Assembly (NCBI GenBank): GCA_043827405.1 | Contig: JBDRPD010000003.1 | Coordinates: forward strand, 32,001 to 96,000 | Direction: 5' to 3' | From: Elusimicrobiota bacterium | GTDB lineage: Bacteria; Elusimicrobiota; Elusimicrobia; UBA1565 | Length of the DNA stretch: 64,000 nt | Made by a program: the position numbers and the translations under genes | Shown: in pieces, positions 28,898 through 38,273 of the stretch | Position numbering within the stretch: the first letter of the stretch is position 1 | Layout of the letters: each line of letters begins with the position of its first letter | The notes under the pieces: model-generated | Databases searched by the model: none | What the model was told of the DNA's origin: nothing | Seen by the model: only the letters and a program-made list of their open reading frames with translations

Positions 28898-30286
28898 CTA
28901 CGCCGTGCGGACGAACTTGCCCGCCATATAGTCCTTGATGTAGTCGCGCGTTTCCGCGGCGAGCTTGCGGATGAGCATAAGGTTGGCGATCATGTTGGGG
29001 ATGACCAGCAGGCCGAATACCGCGTCCGATATGTCGATGACCGGTCCCAGCTTCCATAACGAGCCGATCATGATGAAGACGATAAAGACATAGCGGTAGG
29101 TCTTCACCCATTTGGTCCCGAACAGGTAGACTGTGCCCTGCTCGCCGTAGTAGGCCCAGGAGATGATGGTCGAGAAGGCGAACAGGACCACGGCCAGCGT
29201 GACCAGCACGGTGCCCATCCCGCCGTAAGAGGTCGAGAAGGCGTAGGCGGTGAGAGCGGCTCCGCTAAATCCCTGGGTGTCGGCCCAGGCGCCGGTCAGG
29301 AGCATGACGAGTGCCGTCATGGTGCAGACGATGATGGTGTCGATGAAGGGCTCCAGCAGCGCCACGAAGCCCTCGCGCAGGGGGATGCTCTCCTTGACGG
29401 CGCTGTGCGCGATGGCCGCCGAGCCCATGCCGGCCTCGTTGGAGAAGCAGGCGCGGCGTACGCCTTGGACCAGGACCTGCTTGAAGCCCGCGCCGGCGAA
29501 GCCGCCGACCGCCGCGGTTCCGGTGAACGCCTCGGTGACGATGCGGCGCAGCATCTCCGGCACCTCGCCGATATGCATCACAATGATGCCGGCCGCCCCG
29601 ATGAAATAGATGACGCACATGGTCGGTACCAGCTTGCCGGCGACATCGCCGATGCGCTTGATGCCGCCGATAAGGACGAGCCAGGCGAAGAAGCACATGG
29701 CGCCGCCGGAGAGCCATTTGGGAACGGCGTAGCCCGCCGCCAGCGCGCCCGCCACGTTGTTGGACTGAAACATATTGCCGGCGCCGAACGAGCTGAGGAT
29801 GATGAAGAAGGAATAGGCGGCCGCCAGCGGCAGGAAGGCCTTGCCGAGGCCGTTTTTGATGGTGTACATCGGACCGCCGTGCATATGGCCGTCCTCGTCC
29901 TGCTCGCGGTATTTCAGCGCCAAGGTGACTTCGGTGAACTTCGAGGCCATGCCCAGGCAGCCCGCCACCCACAGCCAGAAGATCGCGCCGGGGCCGCCGG
30001 CGGCCACGGCGACGGAGACCCCGGCGATATTGCCCAGGCCGATGGTGGCCGAGAGCGCGGCGCATAGCGCCTGGAAGTGGTTGATCTCGCCCTTATTCTC
30101 CGGCTTGTCGTAGCATCCCCTGACGATGTCGAGGGCATGCTTGAACATAGTGAACTGAACGCCTTTATTAATGATGGTGAACAGCAGGCCGGCGCCGAAC
30201 AGCAGAAAGACCAGGGGCAGGCCCCACACCAGGCCGACGAAGGTCGCGCAGAAATGTTCGAGCGCGGGGAATAGGCTGGTTTCCAT
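28898..30286 (-). CDS. Alanine/glycine:cation symporter (AGCS) family
   Basis: ATIGLGNIAGV, GGPGAIFWLW, GGPMY, FSNEAGMGSA, EPFIDTIIVCTMT, YYGE. Confidence 0.95.
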   Translation of the reverse strand: METSLFPALEHFCATFVGLVWGLPLVFLLFGAGLLFTIINKGVQFTMFKHALDIVRGCYDKPENKGEINHFQALCAALSATIGLGNIAGVSVAVAAGGPGAIFWLWVAGCLGMASKFTEVTLALKYREQDEDGHMHGGPMYTIKNGLGKAFLPLAAAYSFFIILSSFGAGNMFQSNNVAGALAAGYAVPKWLSGGAMCFFAWLVLIGGIKRIGDVAGKLVPTMCVIYFIGAAGIIVMHIGEVPEMLRRIVTEAFTGTAAVGGFAGAGFKQVLVQGVRRACFSNEAGMGSAAIAHSAVKESIPLREGFVALLEPFIDTIIVCTMTALVMLLTGAWADTQGFSGAALTAYAFSTSYGGMGTVLVTLAVVLFAFSTIISWAYYGEQGTVYLFGTKWVKTYRYVFIVFIMIGSLWKLGPVIDISDAVFGLLVIPNMIANLMLIRKLAAETRDYIKDYMAGKFVRTA

Positions 30287-30326
30287 TGGACTGTTATAGC
30301 GAAAAGTGGTTACCTGTCGCCAGTCT

Positions 30327-31175
30327 ATGACGCGGCGCAGCGGTCCGATTTACGTTCTCGGGGCGGCCTCGATGCCGGGCTGGAGCCTGCTCCGGCACCC
30401 GGCGGGGAACCGGCTGGTTCCGTTCGGCGGCGCCCGCGCCAAGGCGCCCGCCAGCCGCGGCTGGCGCCGGTTCAACCTCGAGGACGGCGGCGCCTACGCG
30501 CGGCTGTTCGCGGGGGAGCCGCCCCGGGCGCTGGTCCATTGCGGGGGCGTCTGCGACGTCGAGAAATGCGAGGCTCACCCCGCTTGGGCGCGCGCGGTCA
30601 ACGTGGAAAGTCTCGGCTATCTGCTGGCGTGCCTGCCGGCGGCGACGCGGCTCGTTTACATATCTTCCGACCATGTCTTCAGCGGCCGGCGGCGGGCTTA
30701 CGACGAACGGTCGCGCCCGTCGCCCTTGACCGAGTACGGCCGGCTGCGCGTCGCCGCGGAACGGCTGATCCTGAAAAAACGGCCCGACGCTTTAGTCCTC
30801 CGCTATGCGCTCTGCGTCGGGCCCTCGAGCGGCGGACGGACCGGGCATCTGGACTGGCTGCGCTACCGGACCCGCCGCGGTCTGCCGATAACGCTGGTGC
30901 GCGACGAGTATCGTTCGGCCGTGCGGGCGGAGGACCTGGCCCGCCGGATCCTGGCCTATGTGGATTCCGCCGCGGCCGGAATCCGGCATATCGCGGCGGC
31001 CGCCGTTTCGCGGCCGGAGCTGGCCGAGTATTTAAACAGGCGCTTTAGGATCGGAGCGCGCTTCACGCTGGTATCCCGCGCCGACCGCCCTGTCCCGCAC
31101 CTCGGGCGCGTGGAGCTCGCGACGGTTTACCGCGACGCCCTGGCCGCTCCGCTGCCCGCGGTCGTCAGAGCTTGA
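30327..31175 (+). CDS. RmlD-like sugar-nucleotide-binding SDR (degenerate motifs)
   Basis: CDVEKCE.HP..A.AVN, ISSDHVFSG, PSPLTEYG; start 30306 or 30327. Confidence 0.75.
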   Translation: MTRRSGPIYVLGAASMPGWSLLRHPAGNRLVPFGGARAKAPASRGWRRFNLEDGGAYARLFAGEPPRALVHCGGVCDVEKCEAHPAWARAVNVESLGYLLACLPAATRLVYISSDHVFSGRRRAYDERSRPSPLTEYGRLRVAAERLILKKRPDALVLRYALCVGPSSGGRTGHLDWLRYRTRRGLPITLVRDEYRSAVRAEDLARRILAYVDSAAAGIRHIAAAAVSRPELAEYLNRRFRIGARFTLVSRADRPVPHLGRVELATVYRDALAAPLPAVVRA

Positions 31176-33579
31176 AGACGCGGGTTTGGCCCGGCTTAAG
31201 CAGGTGCCGGCGCCCCCTGACGAGTATCGGCGCCGCGGACTTGGATTTCTTGGACGAGCGTACGCGCACGGAGCGGCGGGAGACTTCGGCGCTCAGCAGC
31301 GCCCCGCGGTATTCCACGGGCAGGCGGACGGCGCTGAATGCCGCCGGCAGTTCGGGCTGAAAGCGCACGCCGTCGCGCCCGACCGAGAGGCCGGCGAACT
31401 GGCGGACCACCATATTGATGGTGCCGGCCATGGCGCCCAGGTGGATGCCTTCGGGCGTGGTTCCGCCTTGGGCGTCCTCCACGTCGCTTTTTAGGGCTTC
31501 GAGGAAGTACTCCCATCCGCGTTCCTTGCTTTTGCGGTTGATGAGGATGGCGAAGACCATTTTGCTTAGAGTCGAGCCATGCGCGCTGCGTTCGAAGTAG
31601 TACTGGACGTTCTTGGCTACGGCGCTGCGGCCCAAGCGGCAGCCCAGCTGCTTGAGCAGCCGCATGCATTCATCTTCCTTAAGCAGGTAGAACAGCATGC
31701 AGGTATCGGGCTGCTTGGCGAGCTTGTAGGGATCCGGGGAGTCGCCTTCCGCCTTCAAAATGCGGTCGAGCCGTCCGATGTCGCCGTATTTCTTCCGGTA
31801 GCCCTCCCAGTCGAACTCCTTGAGTTTTTCGTAGCCGTCGAATTGGCTGATAATGCCGCCGCCCAGCTGCGGCACTTTCATGCGGCGGGTGATATCCTTC
31901 CACTTCGCGTAGTCCTTGGGCGTCACGCCGGTCAGCGCTTCGACCTCGCGGCGCGCACCAGCGGACAGCAGGCCGACGATCTCCAGGGTGCGCTCCAGGC
32001 ACCAGACGACCATCACGTTGGTGTAGGCGTTGTTGTCGAGGCCGCCCCGCCCGGCGCCGGGATATGCCTCGTGGTACTCATCGGGTCCCATGACGCCCTT
32101 GATCTCGTAGCGCTTATGGCGCGGATGGTAGCTCGTCGCGCTCTCCCAGTAGCGGCAGATCTCGACCATCATCTCGGCGCCGCAGCGCTCCATGAATTCC
32201 ATGTCGTCGGTCGTCGCGAAATATTTCCAGGTGTTGTAGACGATGGCGATATTGATGTGGCGCTGGAGCCGGCTGTGGTCCGGATCCCATTTATTGGAAC
32301 GCGGGTTGTAATGGATGACCTGCGTCTCCTCGCTGCCGTCGCTCGAGCTTTGCCAGGGGAACATCGCGCCGCGCAGCCCTTCGGCTCGCGCCAGGGCGCG
32401 GGCGGCGTTGAGCCGGCGGTAGCGGTACATCAGCAGGGAGCGTGCGACTTCGGGCAGGCAGCGGCGATAGAACGGAAAGATATAGATTTCGTCCCAGAAG
32501 ACATGTCCCCGATAGGCTTCGCCGTGCAGGCCGCGCGCCGGCGTGCTGAAATCCCGGCCCACGGTGTTGGGGCTGGCCGTCTGCAGGAGATGAAAGGCGT
32601 GCAGCCGCAGGATGGTCTGGATGCGGCCGGCCGACTGCCGGCGGCCGGGCGCGGGCTTCAGCTCCACATCGCAGCGCGACCACAGGGTCTCCCAGGCGCG
32701 GCGGTGGCTGGCCAGCAGCTCGGCGAAGCGTCCGCACAGCGAGAGATGCCGCCGGGCCGAGTCCGCCGGCTCGCATACGCCCGGGTCGAGCGAGGTATGA
32801 ACGGCGACGATCTTCTCGGCGGTGACGCTGGCGCCGCGCTTGATCTCGAACTGGAAGTCCTGACCGATGACGTCCGGCTTTTTGACCTGGACGCTGCTCA
32901 GCGGCAGCGGCCGGTCTTGGCAAAAAAAGCGCGTGCGCGAGGCCTGCGCCATAACGATCCGCGACTGCGTCGTTTCCGCTTCGAGCCACACGCCTTCGGG
33001 CGCGGCGGCGCCGGACCGGAGCGTCCGCAGATGCCGGTCGCTGAGCTGGCGGTAGCGGGCCACCCCCCGGTTGCGGACGCTGCCGTCGAGGAGCGAACGA
33101 AACAGGATGGTGCCGGACCAGTTCTCCGGCGTGACCGTGTACTCGATCGCCGCCAGGTGCGGATCGCGCATATGCACGAAGCGGCGGATGCGGACGGCGC
33201 TCACGCGGCCCTGGGCGTCTGCGACGCGGAAGCGGCGGATGAGGACGCCTTCCCGCAGGTGGAGCTCCTGCCGGTAGGAGAGGACCTTCATCCGCGACAG
33301 GTCAAGCCAGTCCCCGTCTTCGGGGCGGAAGTTCAGCGGCAGCCAATTCGGGAAATTGACGAGATCCTCATTGTGAATGGTCCGTCCCGAGACCTGGCTC
33401 GGCAGGCGGTTCCAGCCGCCGGCCAGGTAGGTCCCCGGATAGTGGACATCGCCGGCAACCGCTTCCTCCGCGGCGCCGCGGACTCCCAGGTAGCCGTTGC
33501 CCAGCGTACAGAGGGACTCCCGCAGCCCCTCCATCCGGGGATCGAAATCGTCGTAGGCGAGTACCCAGGCGTCTTTCAT
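31165..33579 (-). CDS. Glycoside hydrolase family 65 (trehalose/maltose phosphorylase or hydrolase)
   Basis: RESLCTLGNGY, ARGLHGEAYRGHVFWDE, GAMFPWQS, MGPDEYHE, KQPD, EGIHLGAMAG. Confidence 0.93.
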   Translation of the reverse strand: MKDAWVLAYDDFDPRMEGLRESLCTLGNGYLGVRGAAEEAVAGDVHYPGTYLAGGWNRLPSQVSGRTIHNEDLVNFPNWLPLNFRPEDGDWLDLSRMKVLSYRQELHLREGVLIRRFRVADAQGRVSAVRIRRFVHMRDPHLAAIEYTVTPENWSGTILFRSLLDGSVRNRGVARYRQLSDRHLRTLRSGAAAPEGVWLEAETTQSRIVMAQASRTRFFCQDRPLPLSSVQVKKPDVIGQDFQFEIKRGASVTAEKIVAVHTSLDPGVCEPADSARRHLSLCGRFAELLASHRRAWETLWSRCDVELKPAPGRRQSAGRIQTILRLHAFHLLQTASPNTVGRDFSTPARGLHGEAYRGHVFWDEIYIFPFYRRCLPEVARSLLMYRYRRLNAARALARAEGLRGAMFPWQSSSDGSEETQVIHYNPRSNKWDPDHSRLQRHINIAIVYNTWKYFATTDDMEFMERCGAEMMVEICRYWESATSYHPRHKRYEIKGVMGPDEYHEAYPGAGRGGLDNNAYTNVMVVWCLERTLEIVGLLSAGARREVEALTGVTPKDYAKWKDITRRMKVPQLGGGIISQFDGYEKLKEFDWEGYRKKYGDIGRLDRILKAEGDSPDPYKLAKQPDTCMLFYLLKEDECMRLLKQLGCRLGRSAVAKNVQYYFERSAHGSTLSKMVFAILINRKSKERGWEYFLEALKSDVEDAQGGTTPEGIHLGAMAGTINMVVRQFAGLSVGRDGVRFQPELPAAFSAVRLPVEYRGALLSAEVSRRSVRVRSSKKSKSAAPILVRGRRHLLKPGQTRVFKL

Positions 33580-34487
33580 CGCCGGCTCCTGATGAAGCGT
33601 ACCAGGCGCTCGAGGAAATTTTGGACTTCCCGCAGGCGTCCCGGCGCCGCAGGGCGCACGTGCTCGCGGTTTGCGAAGTGGGCGTTGATCTGATCCAGCG
33701 AGATGAACTGCAGGTCGTCGACTACCATGTCGGCGCCGTTCTCCAGGAGATTGATTCGGTTGCCGCCGCGGTCGATGCCGAGGACCAGCCCGAAGCCCCC
33801 GGCGCGGCCGGCGGCCACGCCGCTGACCGCGTCCTCGACCACTACCGTCTTGGAGCGGCCGACCCCGAGGAGCTCGGCGCCCTTGAGGAAAATATCGGGT
33901 TCGGGCTTGCCGTTGAGCTTCATCGCGATGGAGTTGACGCCGTCGACCCGGATTTCGAATAGGTCGAGCAGTCCGGCGCGCTCAAGGATCGGCTTGCAGT
34001 TCTTGCTCGAGGAGACGATGCCCACTTTGATGCCGGCGGCCTTCATCTCCCGGATCAGGCTGACGGTGGATTCAAATACCTCGGCGCCCTGCTCGCGGAG
34101 CATGCGGTTGAAGTTGGCGTTCTTGATGTCGCCCAGGCTGTAGATGGTCTCCCGGTCCGGGCCGTCGCCGGGATCGCCCTCCGGGAGCTCGATCCCTCGC
34201 GACTGCAGGAAGCTGGCGATGCCCTTGCCGCGCGGCTTGCCGTCGACGTAGAGCTTGTAGTCCTGTTCGGCGTCGAATTCCTTGAACGGCGGGCCGCCGC
34301 GCGCGGCGCGCTTCTTCAGGTAGTCGTCAAAGAGCTGCTTCCAGGCGGCGGCATGCAGACTGGCGGTGCGGGTGACCACGCCGTCCAGGTCGAATAGGGC
34401 GGCATCGAACGAGAGCGCGCGGTCTTTACTTGTCTCTCGTGATTGCAAAGCAAGTATAGGGTAACTTATGCGGCGCCTTCTCGCCAA
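33576..34487 (-). CDS. Beta-phosphoglucomutase-family HAD hydrolase
   Basis: FDLDGVVT, VDGKPR, SSSKN, GKPEPDIF, VEDAVSGV; start uncertain (possibly TTG 34448). Confidence 0.88.
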   Translation of the reverse strand: MARRRRISYPILALQSRETSKDRALSFDAALFDLDGVVTRTASLHAAAWKQLFDDYLKKRAARGGPPFKEFDAEQDYKLYVDGKPRGKGIASFLQSRGIELPEGDPGDGPDRETIYSLGDIKNANFNRMLREQGAEVFESTVSLIREMKAAGIKVGIVSSSKNCKPILERAGLLDLFEIRVDGVNSIAMKLNGKPEPDIFLKGAELLGVGRSKTVVVEDAVSGVAAGRAGGFGLVLGIDRGGNRINLLENGADMVVDDLQFISLDQINAHFANREHVRPAAPGRLREVQNFLERLVRFIRSRR

Positions 34488-34560
34488 CCTGGCTCCTTCC
34501 GATAATAATAAGATATATAAATTGGTCGCCTGGACAGGCGCAACCTATTAGGGAGGAAGC

Positions 34561-35901
34561 ATGAAGAACTTTCTTGTACTCACACTTTCACTGTTACTGA
34601 CCGCACCGGCGTACGCCCAGTGGGCCTCGCTCAACGCCCCGATCGGAGAGTCCGCGCCGTCCGCTCCTCAAGAAAAGGGGGGGAGTGAGTTCGATTTCAG
34701 CCTCGGCGGGAACTTCGGCGCGGCCTCGGTGCTTAATCCAAGGACCGGCAAGATGGAGATATACAATACGATCTCCTTTCAGCCCGAGCTGTCCTTCGGG
34801 AAACTGGGCCTGGGACTCGATCTCTACATCTACTTCGACGCCGACGGCAAGCTTCGCGATGAGGATTGGGATACGACTTCGGACATCATCAGCAAGATCT
34901 GGTACGTGCGTTGGGCCCAAAAGGGCGACCCCATCCACGCCCGCCTCGGCGGCCTTTCAGGCACGACGATCGGCCACGGCCTGATCATGGGCAATTACTC
35001 CAACCGGCTCGGCTACCCCGACGTCCGCAAGGTCGGCGGCGTGCTCGATGTCGACGCCGGCTGGGCGGGTTTCGAGTCGGTCGTGACCGACGTTATCCGC
35101 CCAACGATCATCGGGGGCCGCGTGTTCGCCCGGCCGCTGTACGGTTCGGATATCCCCCTGCTGAAGAATCTGTCGTTTGCGGCGAGCGCCGTGACCGATA
35201 CCGATCCCGACGGTTTTTCGCAGACGAAGAGCGACGAGGTCTCCGTTTACGGCGTGGACCTCGACCTGCCCCTGCTCAAGAACGACGCCTTCAGCTCCGT
35301 CCTTTACGCGGACGCCGCGATGATGCAGCTCGGGAAGCGCTACACGGCGGCCGGCAGCAAGAACCACGGCAAGGGCGCCGCCGCGGGCGTGCAGGGCAAG
35401 GTGCTCTTCTTCGACTACAAGGCGGAGATGCGTTCGACGCAGGCCAACTTCATCCCGACCTTCTTCGATTCCTATTACGAGGTCGACCGGGCCACCGGCA
35501 GCATACGGAAGGCCGACGGCATCGTCACGACCGCCAATCCCCAGGCGAACGGTCCGCTCGTCTCGCTCTATGCCAATATCCTCGAGCGTGTTCGGGTGGG
35601 CGGTTCCTACGAGAGCCTGAGCTACGATCCGCTCGATATCTTCCCCCGCGTGCGCGCGGAGATACGTACCGACCCCCGCCTGCTTTTTGATCGGTTCTAC
35701 GTCGCTGCCGCTTACGAGCAGCGGAACCTCGAGATGATCAAGCGGATCGGGCGGACGCAGGACTCCAATACCCTGATCACGGCCGAGATCGGCTACAAGC
35801 CGAACCCGAACCTCGCGCTCGTCGTGGTCCAGAAGCAGACCTACGACCGCAGCGGCCGTCCGGAACGGACGACCCAGGTCCGGGCCGACGTGCGTTTTTA
35901 A
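34561..35901 (+). CDS. Secreted hypothetical protein, probable outer-membrane beta-barrel
   Basis: SD GGGAGG; signal peptide ending AYA; alternating beta-strand pattern; C-terminal Phe (ADVRF). Confidence 0.65.
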   Translation: MKNFLVLTLSLLLTAPAYAQWASLNAPIGESAPSAPQEKGGSEFDFSLGGNFGAASVLNPRTGKMEIYNTISFQPELSFGKLGLGLDLYIYFDADGKLRDEDWDTTSDIISKIWYVRWAQKGDPIHARLGGLSGTTIGHGLIMGNYSNRLGYPDVRKVGGVLDVDAGWAGFESVVTDVIRPTIIGGRVFARPLYGSDIPLLKNLSFAASAVTDTDPDGFSQTKSDEVSVYGVDLDLPLLKNDAFSSVLYADAAMMQLGKRYTAAGSKNHGKGAAAGVQGKVLFFDYKAEMRSTQANFIPTFFDSYYEVDRATGSIRKADGIVTTANPQANGPLVSLYANILERVRVGGSYESLSYDPLDIFPRVRAEIRTDPRLLFDRFYVAAAYEQRNLEMIKRIGRTQDSNTLITAEIGYKPNPNLALVVVQKQTYDRSGRPERTTQVRADVRF

Positions 35902-35912
35902 AAGGAGCTGCG

Positions 35913-36860
35913 ATGACGACGGCGGATAAGAACTGCCGGGAGATTCTCGAGAAGGTCGACGCGAACATCCAAAAGGTCATGAAGGGCCAGACCGCGGCGG
36001 TGCGCAAGCTCCTCGCCGCCTTGGTCAGCGGCGGCCACGTCCTTATGGAGGATTTTCCCGGCACCGGCAAGACGACGCTGGCCAAGTCTCTCGCCAAGTC
36101 CGTGGGCGCCGTTTTCAACCGCGTCCAGTTCACCCCGGACCTCATGCCGTCCGATATCCTGGGCGTCTCCATCTTCGATCAGCAGGAACGGGCCTTCCGC
36201 TTCAACGAAGGGCCTATCTTCACCAATATCCTGCTGGCCGACGAGATCAACCGCACCTCCCCGCGCACCCAATCGGCCCTGCTGGAAGCCATGGCCGAGA
36301 ACCAGGTCAGCGTGGACGGGAAGACCTATAAGCTCGACGAGCTGTTCTTCGTCATCGCGACGCAGAACCCCGTTGAGACCCATGGGACCTATCCCCTGCC
36401 CGAAGCGCAGATGGACCGCTTTATGATCCAGTTCAGCCTCGGCTATGTCCCGCCCGAAGATGAAGTCGCCATCCTGACGGATCAGGAGAAACGCCATCCG
36501 GTCGACGACGTCCAGGCCTGCGTGGAGCTTGAGGATATCCTGGCGCTGCGGCGGCGCGCTCAGGATATCCGCATGAGTCCCGAGATCATGCGCTACGTCG
36601 TGGACATCGTCGGGAAGACACGCGGCGCCGACGGCGTCGCGCTGGGCGCGAGCCCCCGCGCTTCGCTCTCTCTGATGAAAGCCGCCCGGGCGCTGGCGCT
36701 GATGGACGGCCGGGACTTCGTCGCTCCGGACCTCATCCAGGAACTGGCCGTTGGAGTCATCGCCCACCGCCTCATGCTCGATCCCCAGGCCAAGTTCTCC
36801 GGAGTGACGGCGATATCCGTGGTCGAGGAGATCCTGAAATCCATCCCGGCGCCCGCCTAA
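35913..36860 (+). CDS. MoxR-family AAA+ ATPase
   Basis: GHVLMEDFPGTGKT, RVQFTPDLMPSD, LADEINR, ATQNP, YPLPEAQMDRF, GASPR. Confidence 0.95.
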   Translation: MTTADKNCREILEKVDANIQKVMKGQTAAVRKLLAALVSGGHVLMEDFPGTGKTTLAKSLAKSVGAVFNRVQFTPDLMPSDILGVSIFDQQERAFRFNEGPIFTNILLADEINRTSPRTQSALLEAMAENQVSVDGKTYKLDELFFVIATQNPVETHGTYPLPEAQMDRFMIQFSLGYVPPEDEVAILTDQEKRHPVDDVQACVELEDILALRRRAQDIRMSPEIMRYVVDIVGKTRGADGVALGASPRASLSLMKAARALALMDGRDFVAPDLIQELAVGVIAHRLMLDPQAKFSGVTAISVVEEILKSIPAPA

Positions 36861-36866
36861 GCCGTC

Positions 36867-38273
36867 ATGCGGCTTGAGCGTTGGCGCTACCGCGGACTCT
36901 GGTACGTCTACACGGCGCTCTATTGGCTGCGCCGGCGGTTCACGACGGCCGGCCAGCTGGTATTGATCGCTCTCGTCGTTTCCGCCTTGGTGGGCTTCGA
37001 CACCGACCAGAACGTCGCCTATCAGATGTTCACCTTTATGCTCGCCTTGACCGCCGCGGCCATGCTGCAAAGCCTGTTCTTCCGCGATGACTTCGAGGTG
37101 CGCCGGACCCTGCCCCGGTTCGGCACCGCGGGCAAGCCCCTGCCGTATACGGTGTCGGTCCGCAGCCGCAGCGGGGAGGCGCAACGGGGCTTGAGCCTGC
37201 TGGAGGAAGCCGCGTTCGTCCTGCCGACCTTTGACGAGTACCGGCTCTCTTCCCCGCCGCCGCGGGAGGAGCAGACCCCGCTCGGCCGCTTGACGGGAAA
37301 CGACCGCTGGCAGCGCCTGCTCAGCCGTTCGCGGGTCGCATCCGGCGAGGAACACCCGCTTGCGGATATCCCGCCGCGCGGCTCGGCCGCGGTCACGCTC
37401 GAGCTCACCCCCCGGCGCCGGGGGAAACTCAGGCTGGACGCCGCCTCCGTGGCCCGGCCGGGAACCCTTGGCCTGTATAAGTCCTTGCGCCCCTGTGTCG
37501 AGGAGCGTTCCGTCCTCGTCCTGCCCAAGCGATATCCCGTGCCGCGCGTCTCGCTGCCGGGACTGCGCCGGTACCAGAGCGGCGGCATCGCCCTCTCCTC
37601 ATCGGTGGGGGATTCCCAGGAGTTCATGTCGCTGCGGGACTACCGTCCCGGCGATCCGCCCAAGCGCGTGCACTGGAAGAGCCTGGCCAAGACGGACAAG
37701 CTCATCGTCAAAGAATATCAGGACGAGTACTTCGTGCGCCACGCCCTGGTGCTCGACACCTTTGCGCGTCCCGGCCGGGGCGCGGCGTTCGAGGAAGCCG
37801 TGTCCGTGGCGGCGTCTTTCGCGTGCTCGGTCCTGACGCAGGAGTCCCTGCTGGACCTGCTGTTTGTGGGCGGCGAGTCCTACTGCATCACCGCGGGCCG
37901 GGGACTGGGCGGGCCGGACAAGCTCCTCGAAGTCCTGGCTTGCGTCGAGAGATGCGAGGATAAGCCGTTTACGGAGCTCGATCACGCCGTGTCGCGAAGG
38001 CATGCCGCCTTGAGCGGCTGCATCAGCGTCCTGCTCGCCTGGGACGAGGAGCGCCGCGCTTTTATCCGGCGCTTGGGCGCTCTGGGCGTGCCGGTCTTGG
38101 CGGTGGTCGTCGCCGAGCCGGTCGACCCGCCCATCGACGAGCCGGGCGTTCATCGCCTGGAAGTCGGCCGCATTGCCGAAGGCCTGGCGGCCCTCCCGGC
38201 CGGCCGCCCTCCAACAGCGTGCGGAGGCGGCACTTCCTCACGTAAGGGTTCGGTCGGCCGGGGGGCTGCATGA
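36867..38273 (+). CDS. DUF58 domain membrane protein
   Basis: EFMSLRDYRPGDP.KRVHWKSLAK...VKEY, FEEAVSVAAS. Confidence 0.9.
   Translation: MRLERWRYRGLWYVYTALYWLRRRFTTAGQLVLIALVVSALVGFDTDQNVAYQMFTFMLALTAAAMLQSLFFRDDFEVRRTLPRFGTAGKPLPYTVSVRSRSGEAQRGLSLLEEAAFVLPTFDEYRLSSPPPREEQTPLGRLTGNDRWQRLLSRSRVASGEEHPLADIPPRGSAAVTLELTPRRRGKLRLDAASVARPGTLGLYKSLRPCVEERSVLVLPKRYPVPRVSLPGLRRYQSGGIALSSSVGDSQEFMSLRDYRPGDPPKRVHWKSLAKTDKLIVKEYQDEYFVRHALVLDTFARPGRGAAFEEAVSVAASFACSVLTQESLLDLLFVGGESYCITAGRGLGGPDKLLEVLACVERCEDKPFTELDHAVSRRHAALSGCISVLLAWDEERRAFIRRLGALGVPVLAVVVAEPVDPPIDEPGVHRLEVGRIAEGLAALPAGRPPTACGGGTSSRKGSVGRGAA

Noticed and set aside
38200..38270. Odd DUF58 C-terminal tail with weak similarity (cttc.tca..aagggttc) to the 49870-49890 intergenic sequence; possible REP/MITE relic
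   Set aside because: Similarity is too short and degenerate to support without a genome-wide search
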